33,396 bases of DNA from an uncultured virus (IMG/VR IMGVR_UViG_3300020180_000001) (Duplodnaviria > Heunggongvirae > Uroviricota > Caudoviricetes). Under the pieces are notes generated by a model, which was given only the letters and a program-made list of their open reading frames with translations, searched no databases and had not been told where the DNA came from. Shown here piece after piece: positions 1-6,984 of this stretch. A program made the position numbers and the translations under genes. Position 1 is the stretch's first letter; every line of letters starts with the position of its first letter. Location: the IMG/VR virus record IMGVR_UViG_3300020180_000001. The stretch is one strand, 5' to 3'.

Positions 1-1
1 A

Positions 2-937
2 ATGTTATTGGCAAAGAACTTCGTTCCCTTGGGAGAACGGCAATTAATGGAATACTTCGGAGGACCAGTAATCTTCGGAGTTAATATAGCAAACCCATGT
101 AGGAAAGATAGTTCAGACACCTCATCTTCTTTCCTGCAAACTAATACCGGAGGAGTAGTTATTATGGACTACGCACGTGCTACTTTACATAACTGGAGAG
201 ATGTAGCAAGAATGAAATTAGGGACTGATAATCTTGGAGTAAGGAAACACGTACAAAAGCACTATGACGAGATTAGTCAGTACTCTAATGCAATGGTCGT
301 GTCTTCTCGAAAGGAATTTGATTTTGTACTCAAGCCTTTTAGTAAAGAAGAATTGGATTGGTGGAAAGCCCAAGGTATAGAACAAGATACACTTCAAAAG
401 TTTAATGTACGCAGTGTAAAAACTGTCTACATAGATTGCCAAGTGGCTTACAAGAGTACTTCTATAAACCCCATATACTTATACAAGTATAGTTCAGGAA
501 GTATAAAATTGTACAGGCCTTTTGCTCCGAAGAAAAATAAATGGGTGTCTACTACTTCTGTACAGGATGTAGCGGGGCTACCCCAGTTACAACCAGGTAG
601 ATTACTAATCATTACAAAATCCCATAAAGATGTAATGTTTCTTAGTAGTCTTGGACTCAATGCTATCTCTTTTCAGGGTGAGAGTGTAGGTGTAGGCAAG
701 AACGAGGAGCCATATATAAAGACTTTAATATCATACTTAAAAACTAAATACAAGTATATAGTGTGGCTATATGATAATGACGAGACCGGTTTGAAAGCAG
801 CGATTAAACTGTCTTCTTTATACGGAGGAAATTATCTGTTGTTGCCTGAAAAAGATGCTACCGATACTTACAAAAAATACAAAAAAAAGACATGGAAAAT
901 CTTAAAAAGGCGTTTAGCACAATGCTTACGCCATTGA
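2..937 (+). CDS. Phage DNA primase, TOPRIM/DnaG-like, crAss type; the true start may lie left of the window
   Basis: TOPRIM-like strand LLIITKSHKDVM, DxD motif YDNDETGLKAA, C-terminal KDATD, plus N-terminal NPCRKD and KLYRPF, all resembling crAss-like primases. Confidence 0.85.
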   Translation: MLLAKNFVPLGERQLMEYFGGPVIFGVNIANPCRKDSSDTSSSFLQTNTGGVVIMDYARATLHNWRDVARMKLGTDNLGVRKHVQKHYDEISQYSNAMVVSSRKEFDFVLKPFSKEELDWWKAQGIEQDTLQKFNVRSVKTVYIDCQVAYKSTSINPIYLYKYSSGSIKLYRPFAPKKNKWVSTTSVQDVAGLPQLQPGRLLIITKSHKDVMFLSSLGLNAISFQGESVGVGKNEEPYIKTLISYLKTKYKYIVWLYDNDETGLKAAIKLSSLYGGNYLLLPEKDATDTYKKYKKKTWKILKRRLAQCLRH

Positions 938-1179
938 TATTGGTATTATGGTTGCTAACACTGTTTATTATAATTGATTATAGGTTAACTCGCCCTATAC
1001 CTCAATCCTGTGGATACTATCTAATCTACAATAAAGGCTCCAAAGGATTTATGGATAGTCAGGCAGAGTTTTACCCTTCTATGCCTATAATAGATGCCAG
1101 GTTAAAAATGCTTCAGGAGGCCGTAGATTATCCGGATGATAGCATTAAGTACGATATAATCCCATCCTGTGATAAATAG
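892..1179 (+). CDS. Small membrane-anchored hypothetical protein
   Basis: Hydrophobic segment LILVLWLLTLFIII; overlaps both neighbours. The start may be the second Met (MLTPL). Confidence 0.6.
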   Translation: MENLKKAFSTMLTPLILVLWLLTLFIIIDYRLTRPIPQSCGYYLIYNKGSKGFMDSQAEFYPSMPIIDARLKMLQEAVDYPDDSIKYDIIPSCDK

Positions 1180-1738
1180 GACATCAGTACTATATGCCGA
1201 GTATCAGAAAAATGCAGATAGTTCATATATGGCTTACCTGCGTAACAGCGGTATTACTGAGGATTACCTGGTATTACTATATAAAGAGTTTGAAATATTA
1301 AGGACCTTAGCAATTACTAAAGGAATCCCTGTTGATCCCTTACGGGCATTTAAGACTACAGATGTAACTGAGATTAAACGGGTTATTGTGGGCTTGAGGC
1401 CTTCTATAGGATGCAACGGCATAGCGTTTTCTAATATGCCTTACAACAGGTTCCTATATAAAGGAGTGATATCAAAGAGTGACTATAATGAGTTCAAAGA
1501 TTTACTATGGGTGAGAGACACTCTTTATCTTAACCTGTCTTTATCCTATCGTGTAAAGACTAATGATAACGAAACTATATGGTGGGAGTTCACAATCCCC
1601 GTACTGCAACGTCTACACACACTTGGGTGCCCAATAATAACTCTTCATAGTGAGAGTACCAGCATCTTAACAAAACACAATATCCCATGTATTAAGATGC
1701 ATTGGGAGGATGTACATAAAATATGCCTTACTCAATAA
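1169..1738 (+). CDS. Uracil-DNA glycosylase (family 1) homologue, probably catalytically degenerate
   Basis: PLRAFKTTDVTEIKRVIVGLRPS..NGIAFS aligns by eye with UNG FRAF..T..VKVVILGQDPY..GLAFS. LYLNLSLS resembles LLLNTxLT and IWWEFT resembles GWExFT. GQDP is replaced by GLRP and no HPS motif is visible. Confidence 0.7.
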   Translation: MINRTSVLYAEYQKNADSSYMAYLRNSGITEDYLVLLYKEFEILRTLAITKGIPVDPLRAFKTTDVTEIKRVIVGLRPSIGCNGIAFSNMPYNRFLYKGVISKSDYNEFKDLLWVRDTLYLNLSLSYRVKTNDNETIWWEFTIPVLQRLHTLGCPIITLHSESTSILTKHNIPCIKMHWEDVHKICLTQ

Positions 1739-2388
1739 AATTAGCAAACCCAGGAGCAAAACAACTATCCTTGGGCGAATACAAGCAAAATATTGCAGTT
1801 CTTTTTCATTCAACTAACGATGAACCGAAAGGTATCCCCTTCAACTCCAACTCAGGACTTAGAACTATTGAAAACAAACCAAAACTATTTCGTCTGTTGG
1901 ATGACCTAAAGATTGAAACAGTACCCTACAGTACGGTAATAAACGCAGAGGCGGATGGGACTGCATTCTCCTTCTTAGAAGGAGAGTTTCTGTCTAATGA
2001 CGGTATGGTATATCCCTATGATAATAACGACCGACTACTGGCGGAGATTTATAAGCACTTTGTCGATAAGATTGATGGTGTGTACACAAAGAGTTCAGGA
2101 CAAACTTTTTCCCTCGAAGCAGCACCCCTAATCCAAGGTAGTTCTTCCCTCTTTGAAAACCCCACTCATATACCTCAGCATGTTATAGATTCCTGCATGA
2201 GTGATATTTATACTCTTTTCTCTTTTTTAGGCATCCACGTAGGGAAAGTGACATACCAATATGAGGGAGGTCACTTTGCTTATATCAAGAATGTCAGTGT
2301 ATCATGTAACCCCAAGTTAAAAGAGATGTATAAGGAAGTCTTACGTCTACTTGACAGCGGAAAGAGATACCCCACGCCATCAATTTAA
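1723..2388 (+). CDS. Hypothetical protein, possibly a degenerate ATP-grasp fold
   Basis: IENKPKLFRLLDDLKIETVP resembles the DKxxxxxxLxxxGIPxP entry motif. GIHVGKVTY..YIKNVSVSCNP resembles G.D...YILEVNxxP but lacks the acidic residues. Confidence 0.45.
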   Translation: MPYSIKLANPGAKQLSLGEYKQNIAVLFHSTNDEPKGIPFNSNSGLRTIENKPKLFRLLDDLKIETVPYSTVINAEADGTAFSFLEGEFLSNDGMVYPYDNNDRLLAEIYKHFVDKIDGVYTKSSGQTFSLEAAPLIQGSSSLFENPTHIPQHVIDSCMSDIYTLFSFLGIHVGKVTYQYEGGHFAYIKNVSVSCNPKLKEMYKEVLRLLDSGKRYPTPSI

Positions 2389-2396
2389 TAAACAAC

Positions 2397-2429
2397 ATTC
2401 GTAGAGACTTGTAATAGGTCTCTACGAAT
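2397..2429 (+). promoter_or_regulatory. Intergenic stem-loop with TAATAG
   Basis: Perfect 12-bp inverted repeat ATTCGTAGAGAC/GTCTCTACGAAT around TTGTAATAG, between a stop (2388) and an ATG (2444); no strong U tract follows. Confidence 0.7.
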
Positions 2430-2443
2430 CAATTTTAATAACA

Positions 2444-2614
2444 ATGAGAAAGATAGCAAACATTTTCTTAATGCTGATTTTCACCTTCTCTACCATAGAT
2501 ATCTGCTATGCTACTTGGAAGGGCCGTGAAATAGAAACCGGCTGGTTCGCAAGAACTTTGGTAACTCTGGATATCGTAAAATGGATCATATTATTACGTA
2601 TACTATGCGGCTAA
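2444..2614 (+). CDS. 56-aa putative membrane protein, absent from the ORF track
   Basis: My translation is MRKIANIFLMLIFTFSTIDICYATWKGREIETGWFARTLVTLDIVKWIILLRILCG*. It fills the gap, has an A-rich leader and overlaps the ATG at 2605. Confidence 0.6.
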   Translation: MRKIANIFLMLIFTFSTIDICYATWKGREIETGWFARTLVTLDIVKWIILLRILCG

Positions 2615-3081
2615 AAAAGCCTATAAAACCGGGTTTAAAAAACCCTAAAGAAAAAGACCTCAAAACCAAGTTTAACACTAAGAAGGGCCAGTATCGATCT
2701 AAGTTAGAAGAGTACGCAGCCAACCTTCTTAAGGAAAGCGGAATAGAATTTAAGTACGAGAGTCCTTGTATACAATTACTTCCCCCAATTAAACCCCTTT
2801 CTATATTCTTAGAAGGTACGAAGAAAGGTATGCAGCATAAAGATGGAAGGGCAATGACCTATACTCCTGATTTTACAGGAAAAAATTGGCTAATAGAAAC
2901 CAAGGGTCATCGTACTCCCGATTTTAACATAAAATGGAAAGTTTTAAAAAATACTTTAGGTCTTCCTTATGACTTCTACTGCATGCCAAGAAATAAAGCC
3001 CAAGTAAATCAATGCGTAGAATATCTTATGAGCAATATTATCAAAGTACGAGAATATCCAATTCGACCCTCTCCCGATTAA
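2605..3081 (+). CDS. PD-(D/E)xK endonuclease, T7 endonuclease I / Holliday junction resolvase-like (ORF track start 2581)
   Basis: YRSKLE...FKYE...YTPDF....LIETKG motif series. Confidence 0.85.
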   Translation: MRLKKPIKPGLKNPKEKDLKTKFNTKKGQYRSKLEEYAANLLKESGIEFKYESPCIQLLPPIKPLSIFLEGTKKGMQHKDGRAMTYTPDFTGKNWLIETKGHRTPDFNIKWKVLKNTLGLPYDFYCMPRNKAQVNQCVEYLMSNIIKVREYPIRPSPD

Positions 3082-3959
3082 TTAATCCGGCAGTAGTTTC
3101 TAATGGGAACTCTGCAAAAGAATTTATTAAAACAGGCTCATTAGTAGATTATCTTCTTACCGATAAAAGCCGAATAAAAACAGATTTTTATATCACCTCT
3201 GAACTTATACCGACAGGAATGATGAAGGTGTTTATTGATAACATGCCTTCAGAAGTTAATGCTGCCACTGACCTGTACGCTGCTTACAAAGCCTCAGGTT
3301 ACACGATAAGTTATACGGTGGCAGTAAATAAGTTCTTCAGAGAAGAGCCTTTACAGAGGTATTACGCACTCCTGAGAAAGAGTGCTGGTAAGACTATTGT
3401 CAGCCGGTCAGAGTACATAAAAGCAAAAATCATTGCAGACAATGTAATCGAATTTGCAGGGCAATATTTTACCGACAAGACAGAGCATCAAGTTGCCGTA
3501 TTCTTTGAATACTTAGGAGAAGACTGCAAAGCCTTACTGGACGGGGTTATTATCAATCATGAAGAAAAAACTATTCTTCCTTTTGATTTAAAGACTACGT
3601 ACTCAGTGAACAAGTTTCTTGATTCCATTTTAAAATATGGCTACTACAGACAAGCAGCCTTTTACTTATCGGCTCTTTTCTCAGAAGAGTCTCCTTACTA
3701 TACACTAATAAAAGAAGGGTATAAAATACTACCTTTCAGATTTGTAGCAGTGCAGAGCGAGTATCCTTATGACGTAAGGATTTTCGAGATGTCCGAAAAC
3801 GATATAGTTTGCGGACTGGAAGGAGGATATGTAGGTAAGACCCGATATTATGGTATTAATGAATTGATGGCTGTGTATGAGTATAGAAATAATCCTTTTA
3901 TACAGCCATATACTCCTCCTTACATAGGAGATTACACAGTAACGAAACTTTTTTTATGA
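3012..3959 (+). CDS. PD-(D/E)xK exonuclease, RecB/RecE(ExoVIII)/Cas4-like, as found in crAss-like phages
   Basis: ISNSTLS, GSLVDYLLT, CKALLDGVII, FDLKT and YGYYRQAAFY motifs. Confidence 0.85.
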   Translation: MRRISYEQYYQSTRISNSTLSRLINPAVVSNGNSAKEFIKTGSLVDYLLTDKSRIKTDFYITSELIPTGMMKVFIDNMPSEVNAATDLYAAYKASGYTISYTVAVNKFFREEPLQRYYALLRKSAGKTIVSRSEYIKAKIIADNVIEFAGQYFTDKTEHQVAVFFEYLGEDCKALLDGVIINHEEKTILPFDLKTTYSVNKFLDSILKYGYYRQAAFYLSALFSEESPYYTLIKEGYKILPFRFVAVQSEYPYDVRIFEMSENDIVCGLEGGYVGKTRYYGINELMAVYEYRNNPFIQPYTPPYIGDYTVTKLFL

Positions 3960-4438
3960 TCCTACGAACTTACAATCAAAGTACGTATTTCTTATTACCA
4001 GCTGCTGATATAGTGTTGCCTAAGGCTCATAAAGAGTACTTACTCAATACTTATATTACGACTGATAGTCAACATCTTGTTGTGTCAACACGGCAAGGTT
4101 ACTTAGAAATAGACGCTACGCTTCGTAACATTCCTTCTTTTGTACAGTCTAATCAAGACAAAGAAAGTATACAGTATTTCTACAAAATAAAAGAGGAACT
4201 TAAACCTACCGTAGTGCAGCCGTTTCTAAACGGGAAATACTCTGAAATTGATAAAGAGTATATTAAGGATTCGTTCGCTGAAAATTCTGCAGTGCAACGA
4301 ATAGTATCTAAAGACAGTGCATATAGAACACATTGGGAATCTCTAATAGGACAACCTCTTCCGGATAACGCCGAAGTTTGGCCTATCGCGGATTTAAAAC
4401 AAGAATTATGGGACAAATTGATAAGAAGTCAGCACTAG
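3956..4438 (+). CDS. Phage hypothetical protein
   Basis: 160-aa ORF with an ATGA overlap to the exonuclease stop; contains FLNGKYSEI. Confidence 0.7.
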   Translation: MILRTYNQSTYFLLPAADIVLPKAHKEYLLNTYITTDSQHLVVSTRQGYLEIDATLRNIPSFVQSNQDKESIQYFYKIKEELKPTVVQPFLNGKYSEIDKEYIKDSFAENSAVQRIVSKDSAYRTHWESLIGQPLPDNAEVWPIADLKQELWDKLIRSQH

Positions 4439-4671
4439 AATTCTTAGGTCTTAATGAAGTGGAACTACTCATTATCCGTGAGATACAACAAGATGGTCCG
4501 ACTATGTGGGCGACTAAATATATCCAGAAGGAAATTCCCAAATTAGATTTAAAGAAACCCCCGTTTTACGTATCAGAAATATACAGACTATTAAAACTCC
4601 AAATGAGTTTGAAAGTGGTTACGGACATTTCTGTAAAAGTTGACGCTTTAAAACAGTGCTTCACTACCTAA
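4408..4671 (+). CDS. Hypothetical protein (ORF track start 4378)
   Basis: In-operon ORF; ATG at 4408 gives the shorter overlap with the upstream gene. Confidence 0.6.
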   Translation: MGQIDKKSALEFLGLNEVELLIIREIQQDGPTMWATKYIQKEIPKLDLKKPPFYVSEIYRLLKLQMSLKVVTDISVKVDALKQCFTT

Positions 4672-4673
4672 AC

Positions 4674-4703
4674 AAGTTGGTTGTTAGTAATAGCAACCAA
4701 CTT
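4674..4703 (+). promoter_or_regulatory. Intergenic stem-loop with TAATAG and a GTAA tetraloop; possible terminator or processing site
   Basis: AAGTTGGTTGTTA-GTAA-TAGCAACCAACTT, 13 bp with one G-U pair, followed by TAATTTTATT and an ATG. Confidence 0.7.
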
Positions 4704-4713
4704 TAATTTTATT

Positions 4714-4929
4714 ATGGATATCATCAAGGCAAAAAGAACAAAATCTGGTAATTACCGCGTCTACGGCCAGTTCGGTGTATACGGGCAAGTAGGCACTCCC
4801 GCAAGAGTATGGATAGGAACTCCTGTGAACGAAGGGCCTTTATATGCAGATTCAATTATCAAACTCCGCGATGCACGCGGTTACACTATCGAAGTGTTTG
4901 CTGGAGAAGCAGGACTTCAATTTGATTAA
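4714..4929 (+). CDS. Small hypothetical protein (ORF track start TTG 4681)
   Basis: ATG at 4714 lies just after the hairpin in an AT-rich leader; MDIIKAKRTKSGNYRVYG... Confidence 0.65.
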   Translation: MDIIKAKRTKSGNYRVYGQFGVYGQVGTPARVWIGTPVNEGPLYADSIIKLRDARGYTIEVFAGEAGLQFD

Positions 4930-4946
4930 TCACAACAATAAAAAAA

Positions 4947-5150
4947 ATGTTTAATATATTCAAACTACCACGTCCACTGGCAGTGAACGTCCCTAATCCT
5001 GACGATGAATACTCCGTCACAGGTAAACGTAAAGAACGGACTCTCGCTGTATTGCTTGAGGGCAATGATAAGGCAAAAACTTCCTCTGGAAAATTAGTAG
5101 CGTTAGTTGATAAAGAAGGTAATGTGTTAGATAGCATTAAATTCTTTTAA
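4947..5150 (+). CDS. Small hypothetical protein
   Basis: 67-aa ORF with a poly-A leader, followed by a terminator. Confidence 0.65.
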   Translation: MFNIFKLPRPLAVNVPNPDDEYSVTGKRKERTLAVLLEGNDKAKTSSGKLVALVDKEGNVLDSIKFF

Positions 5151-5154
5151 TATT

Positions 5155-5193
5155 AAAAGGGGTGTTAGATCTTAGGATTTAGCACCCCTTTTT
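5155..5193 (+). terminator. Intrinsic terminator
   Basis: AAAAGGGGTGTTAGATC-TTAG-GATTTAGCACCCCTTTTT, a GC-rich stem with G-U pairs and a T run just after a stop codon. Confidence 0.8.
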
Positions 5194-5197
5194 GCGT

Positions 5198-5590
5198 ATG
5201 GTTAAGTACATACCACATTATACACGTCACGCAGTAGCGTTCGATAAAAACACTACTTATCTATTTAATGACAATAAAGCAGATGCAGATACTAACTATT
5301 CTCCGAGAACAACCCAAGCGGTAATCAGAGGATTACCTAATGCCATAGGGATTTGTACGAAGAATAACAGGTTTACAAGGTCGACTTCTTATCTTTCTAA
5401 TGCGGACTTCGAGTGGTTTAAACACCACGTTGATTCAGTTTTAGAAAAGTTAAACCAACACGAGAAGGTTTGTTTGCCTACTCTGTATTTAGGTACTGGT
5501 AATGCTGAATTAGATACGAGGGCTCCTGTATTGTTTGCTTACTTAAAGGAATCAATCGACAATTTTGTCAACAACATTAAAATAAAATAA
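5198..5590 (+). CDS. Macro-like alpha/beta domain protein, putative ADP-ribose related (ORF track start TTG 5192)
   Basis: YLFNDN...TQAVIRGLPNAIGICTK...LP...LGTGNAEL..RAP matches from memory a phage family with pattern VFGDN..QA.IRG.PNA.GI.TK..P..G+GTG.A. Confidence 0.55.
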   Translation: MVKYIPHYTRHAVAFDKNTTYLFNDNKADADTNYSPRTTQAVIRGLPNAIGICTKNNRFTRSTSYLSNADFEWFKHHVDSVLEKLNQHEKVCLPTLYLGTGNAELDTRAPVLFAYLKESIDNFVNNIKIK

Positions 5591-5593
5591 ATT

Positions 5594-5845
5594 ATGATTT
5601 GGTTTTCAATAACAGTGGTGATCATGATCTTACTGAGTATGATCCCATTTAAGTGTTCGATAACTTACTATACTCTAAAAGGTGATGAAAGAAGTGTAAT
5701 AGGTTTTAGTAAAGTTCGGGTTACGGTCTGGACTGTCCCCAAAACAGAGGGTTTCGTATGGATTGAAGAGATCAAGTACGTTATCATTTCCGTCAAAGCA
5801 CCGTCTGTTGGAAAAATTGAATGTATATGTCTAGAGGTAGTATGA
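5594..5845 (+). CDS. Small protein with an N-terminal transmembrane/signal segment
   Basis: MIWFSITVVIMILLSMIPF; ATGA overlap with the next gene. Confidence 0.6.
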   Translation: MIWFSITVVIMILLSMIPFKCSITYYTLKGDERSVIGFSKVRVTVWTVPKTEGFVWIEEIKYVIISVKAPSVGKIECICLEVV

Positions 5846-6099
5846 AGTTTGCTGTAATACTTTTAGCTTGGATTATCGTGATTCAATGTTCTCTGTACTG
5901 GTTAAAGAGTTACATTAAGGACTATAGTTTTGCACCTCAAAAGGAGTACTTTTGGTACTGTACTATTGCGGTACCTAAGGGCAGGGACTATGGGTATAAA
6001 ACTACGACTTTGAATTCTAAAGAAAAGGCAATACAAGATTCTACCTACTATCGAATTAGATACGAAACTGCTAACATAAAAATTTACAAAAGTGAGTGA
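5842..6099 (+). CDS. Small protein with an N-terminal transmembrane segment (ORF track start 5821)
   Basis: MKFAVILLAWIIVIQCSLYWL; ATG at 5842 overlaps the previous TGA. Confidence 0.6.
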   Translation: MKFAVILLAWIIVIQCSLYWLKSYIKDYSFAPQKEYFWYCTIAVPKGRDYGYKTTTLNSKEKAIQDSTYYRIRYETANIKIYKSE

Positions 6100-6343
6100 A
6101 GGATATCGTATAGTCATCTTTGCGCTAATACTAATAGTATTATATGTATTACTTAAACACCTGTTTTTACTGGTGTTTGCCTATCGACTTGTAGATACTA
6201 ATGGCAATTGTATGGGGATTGCCCACTACTTCAGAACGCTACGCGTAGGAAGTCGTATAGAGATTGATAACGAAACTTATATGGTGGTCTCGATCTCATA
6301 TCGGGATATCTTTGCCACGCATCTAACGATAAAAAAAATATAG
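6092..6343 (+). CDS. Small protein with an N-terminal transmembrane segment
   Basis: GTG start overlapping the previous gene; IVIFALILIVLYVLLKHLFLLVFAY. Confidence 0.6.
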   Translation: MSEGYRIVIFALILIVLYVLLKHLFLLVFAYRLVDTNGNCMGIAHYFRTLRVGSRIEIDNETYMVVSISYRDIFATHLTIKKI

Positions 6344-6370
6344 CATGACTATCTTAATAGTAGTTCTGCT
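6342..6370 (+). promoter_or_regulatory. Imperfect intergenic stem-loop with TAATAG
   Basis: AGCATGACTA-TCTTAATAG-TAGTTCTGCT, 10 positions with one mismatch and one G-U pair, followed by TTTAATAACAAC. Confidence 0.45.
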
Positions 6371-6397
6371 TTTAATAACAACAAATTCTAATACAGT

Positions 6398-6904
6398 ATG
6401 AAAGTTTTTGGAAATACATTGAAGTACCTGGCTGGAGTAGTCTTATGTGGTTTTGTGGTTTTGGGGGCGACCTTCCTCTACGAAAATTACAAGGAATCAC
6501 TTCCGAGTGAATGTGAATACCTTTATAATATCTACACGATTGACTCGACTGATAATCCGACCATTCTTACGTCCAGTATGAACTTCGTTTTTGGTATGTA
6601 CCCGACTGAAGAAGGTGCCAAACAATCGGCATCTACTTACGCGGGTCAACTTTATAAGGATGGTTTTAAGAGGCTTAGGATAGTCATAATAAATCGTAAA
6701 GAATTTGATAATGCTACGAAGTCACACGCTTACTTTTACATACTTAGTAACGATCATGGTATCTGGTTTAACAGTATATATCGACGAAGAGTCTACCCTA
6801 CTAAACAAGAGGCTACTGACGCTGGTTGGGCGCATGCTATAATCCAGGGAACCGTTACAGGAACGATGAGCGACCTTGTAATCGGAGACTTGTATAAACC
6901 GTAG
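6398..6904 (+). CDS. Membrane-anchored hypothetical protein with an internal duplication
   Basis: N-terminal TM LAGVVLCGFVVLGATFLY; repeated MYPTEEGAKQSA / VYPTKQEATDAG. Confidence 0.7.
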   Translation: MKVFGNTLKYLAGVVLCGFVVLGATFLYENYKESLPSECEYLYNIYTIDSTDNPTILTSSMNFVFGMYPTEEGAKQSASTYAGQLYKDGFKRLRIVIINRKEFDNATKSHAYFYILSNDHGIWFNSIYRRRVYPTKQEATDAGWAHAIIQGTVTGTMSDLVIGDLYKP

Positions 6905-6933
6905 GAGGTGATTTACGATCAACATATAATTAC

Positions 6934-6975
6934 AAAAGGGGGACCCTGTCATACGACGGAGTCCCCCTTTTTTTT
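6934..6975. terminator. Probable bidirectional intrinsic terminator between the convergent gene blocks
   Basis: AAAAGGGGGACCCTGTC-ATAC-GACGGAGTCCCCCTTTTTTTT between the stop at 6904 (+) and the stop at 6985 (-). Confidence 0.85.
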
Positions 6976-6984
6976 GTATACTGC

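Noticed and set aside
2..937. Primase lacking a canonical CHC2 zinc finger and with TKS..KD in place of EG..D
   Set aside because: As far as I recall this is a common variant among crAss-like primases, so it is not evidence of inactivation; the N-terminus may also be cut by the window
6345..6401. 18-aa hydrophobic ORF MTILIVVLLLITTNSNTV with an ATGA overlap to the next gene
   Set aside because: Too short to support; AT-rich sequence gives such peptides by chance and it coincides with a hairpin. Translation cannot be excluded
218..6952. Short - strand ORFs over the left gene block
   Set aside because: Antisense to densely packed, coupled + strand genes; no supporting signals
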